63,740 nucleotides of DNA, filler included, from Octopus bimaculoides (GCF_001194135.2; 5 parts of 4 records of this genome joined end to end with filler, not necessarily neighbours in it); one strand, 5' to 3'; shown: positions 39,464 to 52,408, numbered from the whole stretch's first letter. Numbers and translations are program-made. The notes: generated from the sequence alone by a model not told the origin.

Positions 39464-39805
39464 ACACACACACACACACATACACAAGCCTTGTGGGTGG
39501 ATTTGGCTGACAGAAACTGAAAGAAGCCCATCACATGTGTGTGTGTGTGTATCCTGTCCTTGACATCATATGAAAGTTGTAGAATAATTGCCACTATCAT
39601 ACAATCATGGGGAAATATACTACCTTGCTTGGAAACAAGTGGGGGTCGGTGACAAACAGAGCATCTGGCCATAGAAAATTTGCCTAAAATAAATTCTGTC
39701 CAACCCATGCAAGCATGGAAGAATGAACAATGAAATGATGACAGTGATAGTGATGGGACTTGGTTTAAATATCTTATTTCTCAGAAAAATCATCTCTCAC
39801 ACACA

Positions 39806-39844
<39 letters not shown>

Positions 39845-41799
39845 CTAACACCCAATGCTTCCCATATGAAACCTGTATGGGAACTCTCAGCATCCCCAAA
39901 AGAGTACCACCACTACTTAGGTTAAGTACCATTATATTACATAAAAGGTCAAATAACTATTTTTGTTCATTGGTTTTTGTCTTTCTTTCATGCTATGGGA
40001 ACATGGAGTAGAGATTAGATAGCAGAGTGGACAAAATAAATAGATGGCAGATGGTCACTCTGCATATACATATATGTATGTCCATGATGCAGACTCATAT
40101 ATACATGAGGTGGTGGTTGACAGCACAAAGAGAAAGAGTAATAGGAGCAGCTGTGCTACTATACTAGGAGAAAGAGAAATAGGGGAATTAAGAGAGACAA
40201 TCAGTCATAATGATACTGTACGTGACACACAATTATTCTGCTGCCATGCGCATCAAAGGTATGCAGCTGCTATGATACATTTTGTATTTCATAGAAACAC
40301 TGGCAGGTCATTTAGTTTATTTTTTTAATTACTAAATTAAAAAAAGCTTAGAATAAAATTTTGCTTCTTTTTTTTTGTCAGAAGAAAATAACATTAATTT
40401 TCTCACTTAAAATATTAAGAAGTACTATAGTCAAAAGCTTGCATTTGCTGAAAGGGAAATTAATTTTTCTAATTAAAAATTTTAAAAATTTAATAATGAA
40501 AAATTTTGTATTTTTAATTCTGAGTAGAACAAGGAATCAACTTAAAACAATAGGTTGAAGATTACCAAAGATCAAGGAAAACTCATGGAATCAATCATCT
40601 GTACAAAGAAATTTTATAATCAAGGAATCATTATCTTAAATATATTTCTGCCAAAATTTGAGTGTGCTTAATTTATTCCCTACTCAAATAAACCCCATCT
40701 AATTTCTGAGTACTTTCATCATGTTGGCAAAGCTCACTTTGTAACTACATGGTTTCTGGTTCAGTTCTGCAGCATGGTACCTTGGGTAAATGTCTTCTAT
40801 TATTTCCCCAGGTTAACCTTTTAAGTGTTTGGAATCAGGTTGTATGATGATATTGATCATCATCATCATCCTTTAATGTCCGTTTTCTATGCTGGCATGG
40901 ATTGGATAGTGTGTATTTATGTATGTGTGAATCTTTGCATTTATCACAGACACACATCCTGCCACTTGACAACCAATGTTGGTCTTTTTACATCCACTTA
41001 ACCTAATGGTTTGACAAAAGAGACCAACAGAATTGGTACCATACTTTAAAAAAACATAAGTATTGGAGTTGATTTATTTGACTGAAATCCCTTATGGCAG
41101 TGCCCCATTATGGTCACAGTCCAGTGTCTAAAACGAGCAAAAGAGAAGAGTTATAAAATGGAATCCAGTTTCCACTGGAGTTCCAAAGAATAGAGATAGT
41201 GGTGGTTGTGGTGGTGGTGTTTAGCTCTAAATTAGTCTTGGTTGAACAAACCTGTGGTCAAAATCATTCTAACTATATTGTCCACTGTGTCCTTCCTTTT
41301 TGTTACATGACAGTGTGATTTAAGAGAAATTTGCTACTGTTTCCAGCAGGTCAAGTGACCATGTAGAAGCTTCCTTGTGATCAGTATTGTAACCTATTTG
41401 TGATAATGTATTTACAGTGGATCAACTTAATGCTGAATTTCTATCAATGAAAATTTTCAATACCTAGCCAATGAGCTCTCAGCAATTTTTTAGAGTCTCT
41501 GTGTTCTGATAAGTATGCAACAAAAAAANNNNNNNNNNNNNNNNNNNNNNNNNNNNNNNNNNNNNNNNNNNNNNNNNNNNNNNNNNNNNNNNNNNNNNNN
41601 NNNNNNNNNNNNNNNNNNNNNNNNNNNNNNNNNNNNNNNNNNNNNNNNNNNNNNNNNNNNNNNNNNNNNNNNNNNNNNNNNNNNNNNNNNNNNNNNNNNN
41701 NNNNNNNNNNNNNNNNNNNNNNNNNNNNNNNNNNNNNNNNNNNNNNNNNNNNNNNNNNNATATATATATATATATATATATATAGCATCTGGCATAAAT

Positions 41800-42075
41800 C
41801 AAAAGACGCTTGCCAGCCAGCTACTAATACTTTAAGTTTTTAAATGAGAACAATGTCAAAGTTAGTTACAGCTACACAAATGATAAATATATTTGCAAGC
41901 AAGAAGGGTAAATCAAAACAAGCACTGAAGTACTCTGATGTATACACTTAAGCAATGCAGTTTTATACAGCTTAGATGACATTCCAATAAGGTTGCAGAA
42001 AAATAGAGAAATGCATGATGACAGCTCGAAGAGACATTTCATTAAAATATGTATGGAATCTGAAGGATTCCATAT
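41800..42075 (+). mobile_element. Degraded Penelope-like element fragment
   Basis: KFLNENNVKVSYSYTN (PLE KIFNxNNVKVSYSC) ... NAVLY ... LKYVWNLK (PLE LSKYVWxLK). Confidence 0.6.
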
Positions 42076-42510
42076 GTATATTGGAATATTTCATTCAGTA
42101 ATTTGACATTTTCTATCTTGTTTCAGTCATTGGACTGTGGCCATGCTGGGGCACCAATTTGAAGGGTTTTAGACAAATAAATTGTTCCCAGCACTTACAT
42201 TTTAAGCCTGGTAGTTATTCTTTCAGTCTTGTTGAGCCTCACTATATCTTCTGCAAGATGTGTATATATATATATATATATATATATTTCATTTAGGCAT
42301 TGCAAGACTAACAACCGGGTGTAGAACTCAATATACATATGCTTCAGAATGAAGCGTCAATCAAGTACAGAGCTGTGATAAGAAAATGAGATGACAAAAG
42401 AATAAACAATCATTTCATTTTTATATATATATATGTGTGTGTGTGTATATATATATGTGAGTGAGTAGACAAACGAAAGAAGGGCGCTCAACACATTTAT
42501 TGGGAGCTAC

Positions 42511-42661
42511 ATGTATGAATCAAAACAGTTTTGATTCGAACTCCTTGGTACTCTGAGTTTCAAGCATGATGCTATTCTTCAAACTCCAATGGCCAAAGAT
42601 TAGCATCGTGCTTGAAACTCAGAATACCAAGGAGTTTGAATCGAACTGTTTCGATCCACAT
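42511..42661. repeat. Imperfect ~60-bp-arm hairpin with 26-nt loop, containing a decayed hammerhead-like motif on the minus strand
   Basis: 42524-42574 pairs with 42601-42650; the differences are mostly transitions. Confidence 0.85.
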
Positions 42662-42880
42662 TATATATATATATATATNNNNNNNNNNNNNNNNNNNNNN
42701 NNNNNNNNNNNNNNNNNNNNNNNNNNNNNNNNNNNNNNNNNNNNNNNNNNNNNNNNNNNNNNNNNNNNNNNNNNNNNNNNNNNNNNNNNNNNNNNNNNNN
42801 NNNNNNNNNNNNNNNNNNNNNNNNNNNNNNNNNNNNNNNNNNNNNNNNNNNNNNNNNNNNNNNNNNNNNNNNNNNNNNNN

Positions 42881-42911
<31 letters not shown>

Positions 42912-44842
42912 CTTAGTGTAATAAATACTACCACCTCTGACAATGACAATAGAAACTGAATGTAGTTGTATTAGAAGGTTCAAAACCTCACAATGCTAGT
43001 AGTTTCATCCTGAGTGAGAATCTTCAGTCCATTTATACATATGTGTGTGTGCCTGTCTATTTCTATATTTACATGTATGAAATATGCTATAAAGAGACTA
43101 TTAATACATAATATTTTCAAAGCAGGATAGGTGGCTGAAATTTCACTAATCAGTTTATTTTCTGACATCATAATTTTCTCAATAACTCATGTTAAACCTT
43201 TTGCAGTTTAATGGCTGTTTATTCCTCTTATTAAATAGCTTTCAGTCATACTGGCCTTGACAGTCACAGTGTTTACATGAAAGCTTCAGTTAAGACAGTT
43301 AGTATAGTAGATCTTAAATTATGTTTAATACAGCCATTGAGATATAGGAGGTGATGATATGAATAAGTCACAAAATAAGGGATTTATTTTTATTTTTATG
43401 ACAAATAAAATTATAATGATTAAAACATGTAATTTGTTTTGACATTTGATAAAGATCTAAGCTTTTACTATGTAATCAATCTCTTAATACTTTTTTTTTC
43501 TTGGCCAGAGTACCCAGTCTTACTATGACTTATACTAACATTGACACCTTCAGATGCCAACAAAATGGAATGATTGTTTTTGTCTCTTTTCATTTGTCTA
43601 CGCTTGTAGATTGTGAACTTTTCAATTGTCCAATTGATTTATTTATTTGTATTCCACTTATGTTCTTGTTAAGTGTCTGGAATAAACAACACAGACAAAT
43701 TTAAAAGAGAGGAAAAAAAAAAGAAAATTATAATGAAACATAGAAATGGTTTTAGGACTAGAATTTAGAACATTCCACAAAAGTGTGCTCAACCCTAGAG
43801 AAAAAATATAATCAGTTTTTGTTCCTTTTTTCCTATTTTTCTTTCTTTCTTTCTTCCCCCACCCCATCTTGTTTCACGATTCTACCCATTCACCTCTTCA
43901 AACAATTCAATTCTCAAATCACCCCTCCTCTCAAACAACACATAGCTTACCACCCGGCATTGTTGAATTATTTTAATAGTGTGATGATGTCTATCTAAAG
44001 ACCAAATAGGCTCATATCTCATCCATGATTTGTGTGGTCCTATAAAAGTTTTGACCACCCACTTGCTTAGAGTATAACCCCCTAGGGCATTAAACATAGA
44101 TGTCTTGTTTGTGGGGACTGAGAAATAAAGAATATCAGAGTTTAATCAATACTGACTATGAAAGTTCTTGTTTAGACATTTCCACCCTCACTTCATTCCA
44201 AATCTTTGTTATCTATATCTACTTACTGTGCACTTGGCCACCTACCCACTNNNNNNNNNNCCCCCCGTCCTGCCTCATGTATCTCTATCATCTTTGTTGC
44301 CTCCTACTTATCAGCCTATTATTTATGTCACATTTTTCATCCAAGCTCTTTATTTCCAATTACTTTTATATTCAATACACCAACTTTTTTGTTCACTTCA
44401 ACTTTGACACAAAAATAGCTTTGGTAAGGAGGAAAAATCTTGTTTTTGGTTTGAGATCAATGGAAATGGTCAGGTCAGTCCATTTTCTGTCAGTTTAAAT
44501 CTAAACTTACGAATGGATGCTAACATTAGAGGGCCTACCAAAAATTTACTTTCAGGGAGAAATGTTGTCTAATGACTTAGATTTGAAAATTTTTCTCTAA
44601 ATATTTACTTTCTCTGCTGATGCTTTTAGACCTTTCATTATAATACCGAATTACCTCTTTCTTGGAGATACTGCCTTATATTTATTAGCTTTTACATTTC
44701 AAAGATTTAGAACATAGGAAAAGAAAGTGAAGAGAGATTTGTGTGCATGTGTATTTCAGACAGTGTGAAACATACATTATTATTATTATCATTATCATTA
44801 TTATTATTATTACTATTATTATTATTATTATTATTATTTACA

Positions 44843-45062
44843 AGGCAGCAAGGTGGCAGAATTGTTAGCATGCCATGTAAAATGCTTAGTGGCATTTCAT
44901 TCATCTTTATGTTCTGGGTTCGAATTCTGCCAGGGTCGACTTCGGCTTTCATCCTTTCAGGGTCAATAAATTAAGCACCAGTTGATTACTGGGGTCAATG
45001 TAATCAACTTACCCCTCCCCCAAAATTTCAGGACTTGTGCCTATAGTAGAAGGGATTATTAT
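44843..45062 (+). mobile_element. SINE family C copy in the last TSEN54 intron
   Basis: Family match. Confidence 0.8.
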
Positions 45063-45406
45063 TGTTGTTGTTCTTGGTAATGTAAAAGGAGAAATGGCTC
45101 TATACCCCTTTCTTATTTTTTCTGACCAGGCTCCCGTGATTTTATGGGTTTTTCCACGTGTAACCTTTCCTTTTTCGAAGCGCCTCCCCCTTTGGGAGTT
45201 CTACTTATTTATTTATCTATTTATTTATTATATCTTTCTCCGTTTTCTTCCTCTGTTTAGACGAACTTTCCTATTCGGACAAAACCTTTTGTAACCTTCG
45301 TCCTGTCTTTGTCCTTATATGTTTTTAATTGATATTAGCCCTTGTGGCCAATAAAACAAATTAATTATTATTAACAACTATCTGATGTTTTTGCTTTTTT
45401 TTTCAG

Positions 45407-45560
45407 GTTTGATGACAAACCTCCAAGTTTGGCAGATTTTATCCAGCTTACCAGGTCACTTAGTGATCAAGTACCTATCAACTGGGCCTTTGTGGATAAT
45501 GGTGAACTGGCATTCTACACATTCCACGGCTTCACTATCCCAAAAGAAACACTCAGTTGA
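45407..45560 (+). CDS. TSEN54: Terminal coding exon of tRNA-splicing endonuclease subunit Sen54
   Basis: Strong acceptor (ttttgctttttttttcag|G), phase-2 start, open frame to TGA at 45558-45560: FDDKPPSLADFIQLTRSLSDQVPINWAFVDNGELAFYTFHGFTIPKETLS*. It matches the remembered human TSEN54 C-terminus [49 protein letters not shown] in motif, length and stop position. This frame is absent from the ORF track because it has no Met. Confidence 0.82.
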
Positions 45561-45784
45561 ATGTCACTTGTTTTATAATATGTTAGAGCATCAGGGAAAC
45601 ACATTAGGAAGTTCTAATGTATGCATGATGGAAATAAACTATTTTTTCCAAATGCCTGTTGTATGTTTTTTCTTTTTACTTTTTACTTTTTTTATTCTTA
45701 TTTCACTACCAGTCAACTCTGGTCAAACAATAGTTAAGCATGTATGAGATTTTAAATTTCAGGACAGCTGCATAAAGAAGTGCC

Positions 45785-45892
45785 AATCTCTAATTGTGAA
45801 GAGGGCCTGTGGAAGAGGCAAACCCAGGAAGATGTTGGATAAGGTGGTGAAATATGATCTTCAGATGTTGAGTGTCACAGAGGCAATAAAAA
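45785..45892 (+). mobile_element. RTE LINE remnant just downstream of the TSEN54 stop
   Basis: ggaagaggcaaacccaggaagatgttggataaggtggtgaaatatgatcttcagatgttg resembles 11095-11170. Confidence 0.65.
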
Positions 45893-46005
45893 AAAAGGGG
45901 CATCAGATAGGTAATGCATACCCTGCACGCAGATAAGCTTTTTCACAAATTATAGTGTTGCTTACTCATGTTTTTCAATTGAACTGAATTATACTTTTTT
46001 TTTCT

Positions 46006-46523
46006 AAGTATCACCATTATAGGTGAAATTAAGAAATCAACTCATAAACAAAACCCTTGAATCTATCACTGTACATACACACACACAGTCGCATATCTAT
46101 GCATGTATTTATATATGTGGGTATGTACCCACACATGTCTACGCGCATAGATACACCAAGGTGTATACACACACAGGCGAGGGTCAATTCATATGAAAAA
46201 GAAAGTGAACAAAATGAAATACTTATAGAAAATATTACGGAGAATTTGAGAAGTGTTTCACCATTATAGGTATTTACACTCGGATAAAATTAAGAAATCA
46301 TCTCATAGATAAATGAAACCCTCGAATCTATCACTGTACACACACACACACACATACATATACAGAGTTGCATATCTCTGTACGTATGTATCCACATGTG
46401 TCTACATGCATAGGTACACCATGATCCATGCATATGCAGATGAAGGTCGATTCATATGGAAAAGAAAGTGAACAAAACAAAATACTTATAGAAAATATTG
46501 CATAGAACTTAAGTGTTTTCAAC
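46006..46523. repeat. Old tandem duplication, ~245-265-bp unit, with a partial third copy at 46644-46685
   Basis: aagtatcaccattatagg...gaatctatcactgtaca...gaaagtgaacaaaa...acttatagaaaatatt occurs twice. Confidence 0.8.
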
Positions 46524-47069
46524 ATTTTTCAATGATGGCAGGTGAATCAAATGTACTGTAGTTCATTGTAGGATATAAATAGTATGACCACTTGCTTATC
46601 AAGAAATTTGTAAGTTCAATTTTTTTTTTTTTTTTTTTTTTTCAAGTATCACCATTATCGGTATTTATACTCTAGTGAAATTCACTCTTAAATAAACGTA
46701 ACCCTCAAATCTGTGTGTCCAATTTCTAATTTTTGCAGACAATATCACTTTTTTTACTTTATTTGACACGTGAGTAGAACTCATGCCTGGAAACCTCACG
46801 TCATACTTAGATTGTAGAAAAATATCGATAATAGGGCCCAGCCGATGGATCCGTCTACTACATATTCCTAATATTTTATTTAAACAACCCAAGGGAAATA
46901 ACCCGTACCACCTGCAGTCTTTAGCAATGCGATCAATATTTGATTCTCACGATCAACCGACCTAATTCTGCATTTCACTACTCACAGTTTTGAACTGCTA
47001 AACATTATTATTGCACTTCCTTAATTTGAATCTCTTCATTCATACATTTCTATACCTACATACTTTTTT

Positions 47070-47330
47070 GAATGCCCATCACTCTGATAATTCTGCATTT
47101 TTACAGTTACACTTTCTCCATGACAGAAGATAATTTGTTTTCCACAACATATTTGTAGTGGCTTCATGCAGGCATAGCATGGATTCAATCCTCAATTGCC
47201 ACTTCAACAGTGCTTTTGTCATGGTAAAACAATAGTTTTTCTGTGAACGACAACCTTCGATGACCTCTCTCACCAACCTCCAAAAATCTCTCCCTCTTCC
47301 AGCTGACAGTTTTTGTACTTTTCTGTGACG
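47070..47330 (-). mobile_element. Highly degraded mariner transposase C-terminus
   Basis: HDKSTVEVAIED* and LLSWRKCNCKNAELSE* resemble the mariner ...V..WF...KL..RWEKC..G.YFE* terminus. Confidence 0.4.
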
Positions 47331-47691
47331 GAAAATACACCTTTTGTGGCAGTTACAACAAAATTGCTTTCTTATATCAGAATAATAAGGCATTTCAATA
47401 GAGTATCTTTATCCCCGGGAATTACCAGGTACACCAGCTAGTATATATACATACATACATATATATATATATATANNNNNNNNNNATACTGGTTCAATAC
47501 CTAGTATAATTTTGGGGGAATTAATTTCCTTAAAATAATAGGTATATATATGAAAAACATATAGTTTATATTCATATAAAAGAACACAAAAAAAAAATGG
47601 AAATTGGGAAGTTAATGGTTGTTTATTATTAACAGCAAATTTCAGCCCTGGTGGACAATAAAGAAAGAATTATTAACAGCAAATTAATCGT

Positions 47692-47776
47692 CTTCACTTA
47701 CAGCTGTTTCAATTAATACTCAGTAAATATTAAATTTATATTTATATGACCTGAGCATTTTCTTCAGGGAGAAAAA
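47692..47776 (-). ncRNA. Decayed hammerhead-like motif
   Basis: CUGAAGA, 9-bp stem II (AAUGCUCAG/CUGAGUAUU), extra AAUU before GAAA, palindromic ACAGCUGU, GUA site. Stem I has two mismatches. Confidence 0.45.
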
Positions 47777-48520
47777 AATTTACCCTTGGATGTTTTATGT
47801 GTGTTTATGGATTCATTATAGCAGATTGAATGATACAGTTTATGATTTATATTGCTATATGCTTGGGCAAACATACACTGGAATTTTCATTGTCGAAACT
47901 GACTGAAAATCCTTTTACTTATTTAATTTATTAGATGTGTGTGTGTGTAAATATTTTACTAGTTTCAGCCATCTCTGAATCTACTAAAATAATTTACTCT
48001 TTCAGCCATATATATATATATATACAAACACATACACTCACATGCACACAAACATACACACACACACACACACACACACGTGTGTATATACGTTCTCTGT
48101 GTCACATGCATAGGTGCCTTTTGTGTGACAACTATTCTTATATATATGTGTGTGAGTGGGTGTGGGTGGGTGAATGTATAGGTATGGCTATGTTGTAAAA
48201 AAAAGTTTGCTTCCGACTGCATGGTTCTGGGTTCAATCCTGCTGTGTGACACCTTTGGTAAGGCTCTTCTATTACATCCCCAGGCTGATCAAAGCTTTGC
48301 AAGAAGATTTGATAGATGGAAACTGAAAGAATACTTTCCTGTATATATATGTGTGTGTATAGGTGTGGCTTTGTGGTAAAAAGTTTGGTTCTTAACCATA
48401 TGGTTCTGGATTCAATCCCACTCTGTAGCACATTGAGTAGGTATCTTCTATACCCAGGCTGACTGAAGCCTTACAAGAGGATTTTGATAGACAGAAATTG
48501 AAAGAAGACAGTCCTCTATA

Positions 48521-48553
<33 letters not shown>

Positions 48554-48653
48554 NNNNNNNNNNNNNNNNNNNNNNNNNNNNNNNNNNNNNNNNNNNNTTA
48601 ATTAATTAANNNNNNNNNNNNNNNNNNNNNNNNNNNNNNNNNNNNNNNNNNNN
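48554..48653. other. Artificial scaffold-join spacer
   Basis: Same 44N/12-mer/44N layout. Confidence 0.95.
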
Positions 48654-48847
48654 TGATATATCAGAAAGAAAAAAAAGCGTTTCAAAATTGTTTAAAAAAA
48701 AAAAGGACTACTTTTAATGGAGCAAATTGACAGCAAAGAAATATTTGATGTTATCAAACATCTCAATAACATGGAGAAATTATATGACTAATATAACCAT
48801 ACGATGTGAACGTGTGTCTGTCTATGTTTCTGTGCTTGTGAGTGTAC

Positions 48848-48891
<44 letters not shown>

Positions 48892-49316
48892 NNNNNNNNN
48901 NTAGATAAATGAATAGACAGACAGACTGACAGACAGACAGACAGACAGACAGACAGGTAGGTAGGTAGATAGATAGCTAGCTAGATAGATAGATAGATAG
49001 ATACTCACATATATGCGTCTGCGTGCCTCCATTCACCCCAATCCGCACAAACATATTAGCATTTATATATACTTGCATACATACAAACAAATATTCCTAC
49101 ATACCTACTTGCGTACATACAAGTGTACATACATGCACATGTACATACATCGGTGATGAAAAAGTGCAAGAATGTTCATACAGACGAATGCATGTACATG
49201 TGAGCATAGCGCTACATTAAAGTTAACTTATTTAAAAGTTGTAATAAAACAAAAATACATTCTTGCAATAAGCCTAAAACACAAGGTAACAAAATAAAGA
49301 ATACATACTCTAAGAC

Positions 49317-49348
<32 letters not shown>

Positions 49349-49519
49349 GGGGAGAGAGGCAGAGGGGGGCAGAGGGAGGGAGAGTAAGGGAGAGGGAGGG
49401 AGAGTAAGGGAGAGGGTGGGGAGGGGGAAGGGAAGTGGCAAGAACGCAGGTGAGAAGTTACAAATTAAAAGACATGGTGTTGAAATGTTTAATGTGATTG
49501 GAAAATCAATTTTTTTATT

Positions 49520-49547
49520 TCTTCTTTCTCTTCTTCTTCTTCTTCTT

Positions 49548-49578
<31 letters not shown>

Positions 49579-49928
49579 TTCTTCTGCTGCTTCTTCCTTT
49601 TCTTCTTCTTCTGCTTCTAAATAACTGAACGAATTCACAAATAAACAGAGAAGATAATTAAATATATTTGAAAAGTTGTCACTGCAATCTACAATAATGA
49701 TGATGATGATGATGACGATGATGATGATGATGACGATGATGACGACAACGACGACGACGGTGATGATAATGAGGAGGAGGAGAAGGTGGTGGTAGTAGTA
49801 GTAGCAGCAGCAGCAGTAGTAGCAGCAGCAGTAGCAGCAGCAGCAATCATACGAAACAAACAAGCAAACCAAACCGAAAATGCAAATTGCTGCAACGGAA
49901 GTGAAAAGTTTTGCAAAACAAACAAACA

Positions 49929-49996
<68 letters not shown>

Positions 49997-50100
49997 AAGT
50001 TAGAATAACTTTGTACAATATATGAAGACTGAAACCAAAAATAACAAAACAAAACAAAACAAAACAAAACAAAACAAACAAAAAAGCAAGACAAAAACAC
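49520..50100. repeat. Compound microsatellite cluster (CTT, GAT, GAC, GCA, AAT, CAAAA)
   Basis: Seen directly. Confidence 0.95.
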
Positions 50101-50347
50101 ACTAAATGACAGTTAAATTTTCCAAAAATATTTCCAGTTTTAAACTTTAAGAGTTTCGTTCTTGCTTTTTTTCTTTTATATGGTTGCTTCTCTTGAGGTT
50201 TATTTTGTTTTTTGGGGTTTTTTTGTGCATTTTTCTAGCTTTTACGGACTGTTATGGTGGAATTTTATCATTTCAAACTCTATACGTTTCAAAATTAAAG
50301 AGAACTAGATGTAGAGAGAGAGGGTGTCTGCGCTTGTGTGTGCAATA

Positions 50348-50384
<37 letters not shown>

Positions 50385-50629
50385 GTGTGTGGGTGGGTGT
50401 GTGGGTGTATGAGTGTGTGTATGGGGGTGGTGTTTTGCTAGACAAGTGGCTTGATCTGAGACCGTGTTTCGAAATTAAATCAATTACAACGTGAAAGACA
50501 TGTATTAACCATTGAAAAACAGCTGCAGTGAAACCATATCAGTGACCAGGTCGCAGTTGGTACAACGAAAAGTTTAACACTAAATAAGAAATGGTTTTAT
50601 GAAGCTAAAAATTTTTGCCCGTCTTCTAC

Positions 50630-50868
50630 GCTGCTCCAGCATGGCCGCGGTCAAATGACTGAAACAAGTAAAAGAATAAAAGAATATATATATATAACGC
50701 GTAGTAGTGGCTGTGTAGTAAATAGCTTGCTTACCGACCACATGGTTCCGGGTTCAGTCCCACTGCGTGGCACCTTGGGCAAGTGTCTTCTACTATAGCC
50801 TCGGGTCGACCAAAGCCTTGTGAGTGGATTTGGTAGACGGAAACTGAAAGAAGCCCGTCGTATATATG

Positions 50869-50880
<12 letters not shown>
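50630..50880 (+). mobile_element. Family B SINE pieces (tail followed by a new head), CpG intact
   Basis: Family match. Confidence 0.75.
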
Positions 50881-50923
<43 letters not shown>

Positions 50924-51514
50924 NNNNNNNNNNNNNNNNNNNNNNNNNNNNNNNNNNNNNNNNNNNNNNNNNNNNNNNNNNNNNNNNNNNNNNNNNNNNN
51001 NNNNNNNNNNNNNNNNNNNNNNNNNNNNNNNNNNNNNNNNNNNNNNNNNNNNNNNNNNNNNNNNNNNNNNNNNNNNNNNNNNNNNNNNNNNNNNNNNNNN
51101 NNNNNNNNNNNNNNNNNNNNNNNNNNNNNNNNNNNNNNNNNNNNNNNNNNNNNNNNNNNNNNNNNNNNNNNNNNNNNNNNNNNNNNNNNNNNNNNNNNNN
51201 NNNNNNNNNNNNNNNNNNNNNNNNNNNNNNNNNNNNNNNNNNNNNNNNNNNNNNNNNNNNNNNNNNNNNNNNNNNNNNNNNNNNNNNNNNNNNNNNNNNN
51301 NNNNNNNNNNNNNNNNNNNNNNNNNNNNNNNNNNNNNNNNNNNNNNNNNNNNNNNNNNNNNNNNNNNNNNNNNNNNNNNNNNNNNNNNNNNNNNNNNNNN
51401 NNNNNNNNNNNNNNNNNNNNNNNNNNNNNNTATATATATATATATAAGCACTGGAGAATAAAAAGAAGGTATTATTATCATAATCATTATTATTATAATT
51501 ATTTATTATTGTTA

Positions 51515-51570
<56 letters not shown>

Positions 51571-51574
51571 GATG

Positions 51575-52035
51575 TTATTGACGACTGAATGGCAGAATCG
51601 CTAGCACGCCGAACAAAAATGCTTAGCGTTAGCGGCATTTTGTCCGTCTTTACGTTGTGAGTTCGAATTCCACCGAGGTTGACTTTGCTTTGCATCCTTT
51701 TCGTAGTCGATAAATCAAGTGCCAGTGAAATACTGGGGTCGATGCAATCGACTAGTCCTCTCCCCACGAATTTCAGGCCCTGTGCCTTTAGCAGAAGCAA
51801 TTATTAAAATACAAAAGGTGGTGAGCATGCAGAATCGTTCGGACAAAAATGCTTAGCGTCAAACCGTTAGCGTTTTTACGTTCTGAGTTCAAATTCCACC
51901 GAGGTCGACTTGGCCTTTCATTCTTTCGGTGTCAATAAATTAAGTACCAGTGAAACACTGGGGTCGATGTAATCGACTACTTACCCTCCTCTAAAATTTC
52001 AGGCCTTGTGCCTTTGCTAGAAAGGACTGTTATTA
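51575..52035 (+). mobile_element. Two SINE family C copies, CpG-rich
   Basis: Family match. Confidence 0.75.
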
Positions 52036-52361
52036 TTAATTTCTTGCAGTGGAAAATGACATTTTAGATTTGGCTCGCTAAAGTTGATACTAACTTGTTT
52101 TTTAGTCAGTTCGAAAGCGTTGAGATACGCCATTCCAGATATATTTTGCTTAAATTTCAAGTTATAGACCAATACGTTTTATTTATTTATTTATTTTTTT
52201 TTTGTTTTGTTTCTGTTTTGAATTTCAAAGGAGAGAAAAAATATTTTAACATATACGTTTAACTACTCCAACAATCAGACCTACCATTTCCAACCACTCA
52301 ACCATTCATCCATACGTACATCTACATCCCCCCTCTTTCTCTCATTCTTCTCTCTATGTTT

Positions 52362-52408
<47 letters not shown>

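Noticed and set aside
43981-44121. Possible C/D box snoRNA (GTGATGA ... CTGA) in the TSEN54 intron
   Set aside because: No convincing terminal stem and no recognisable rRNA antisense element; these boxes are frequent by chance in this composition.
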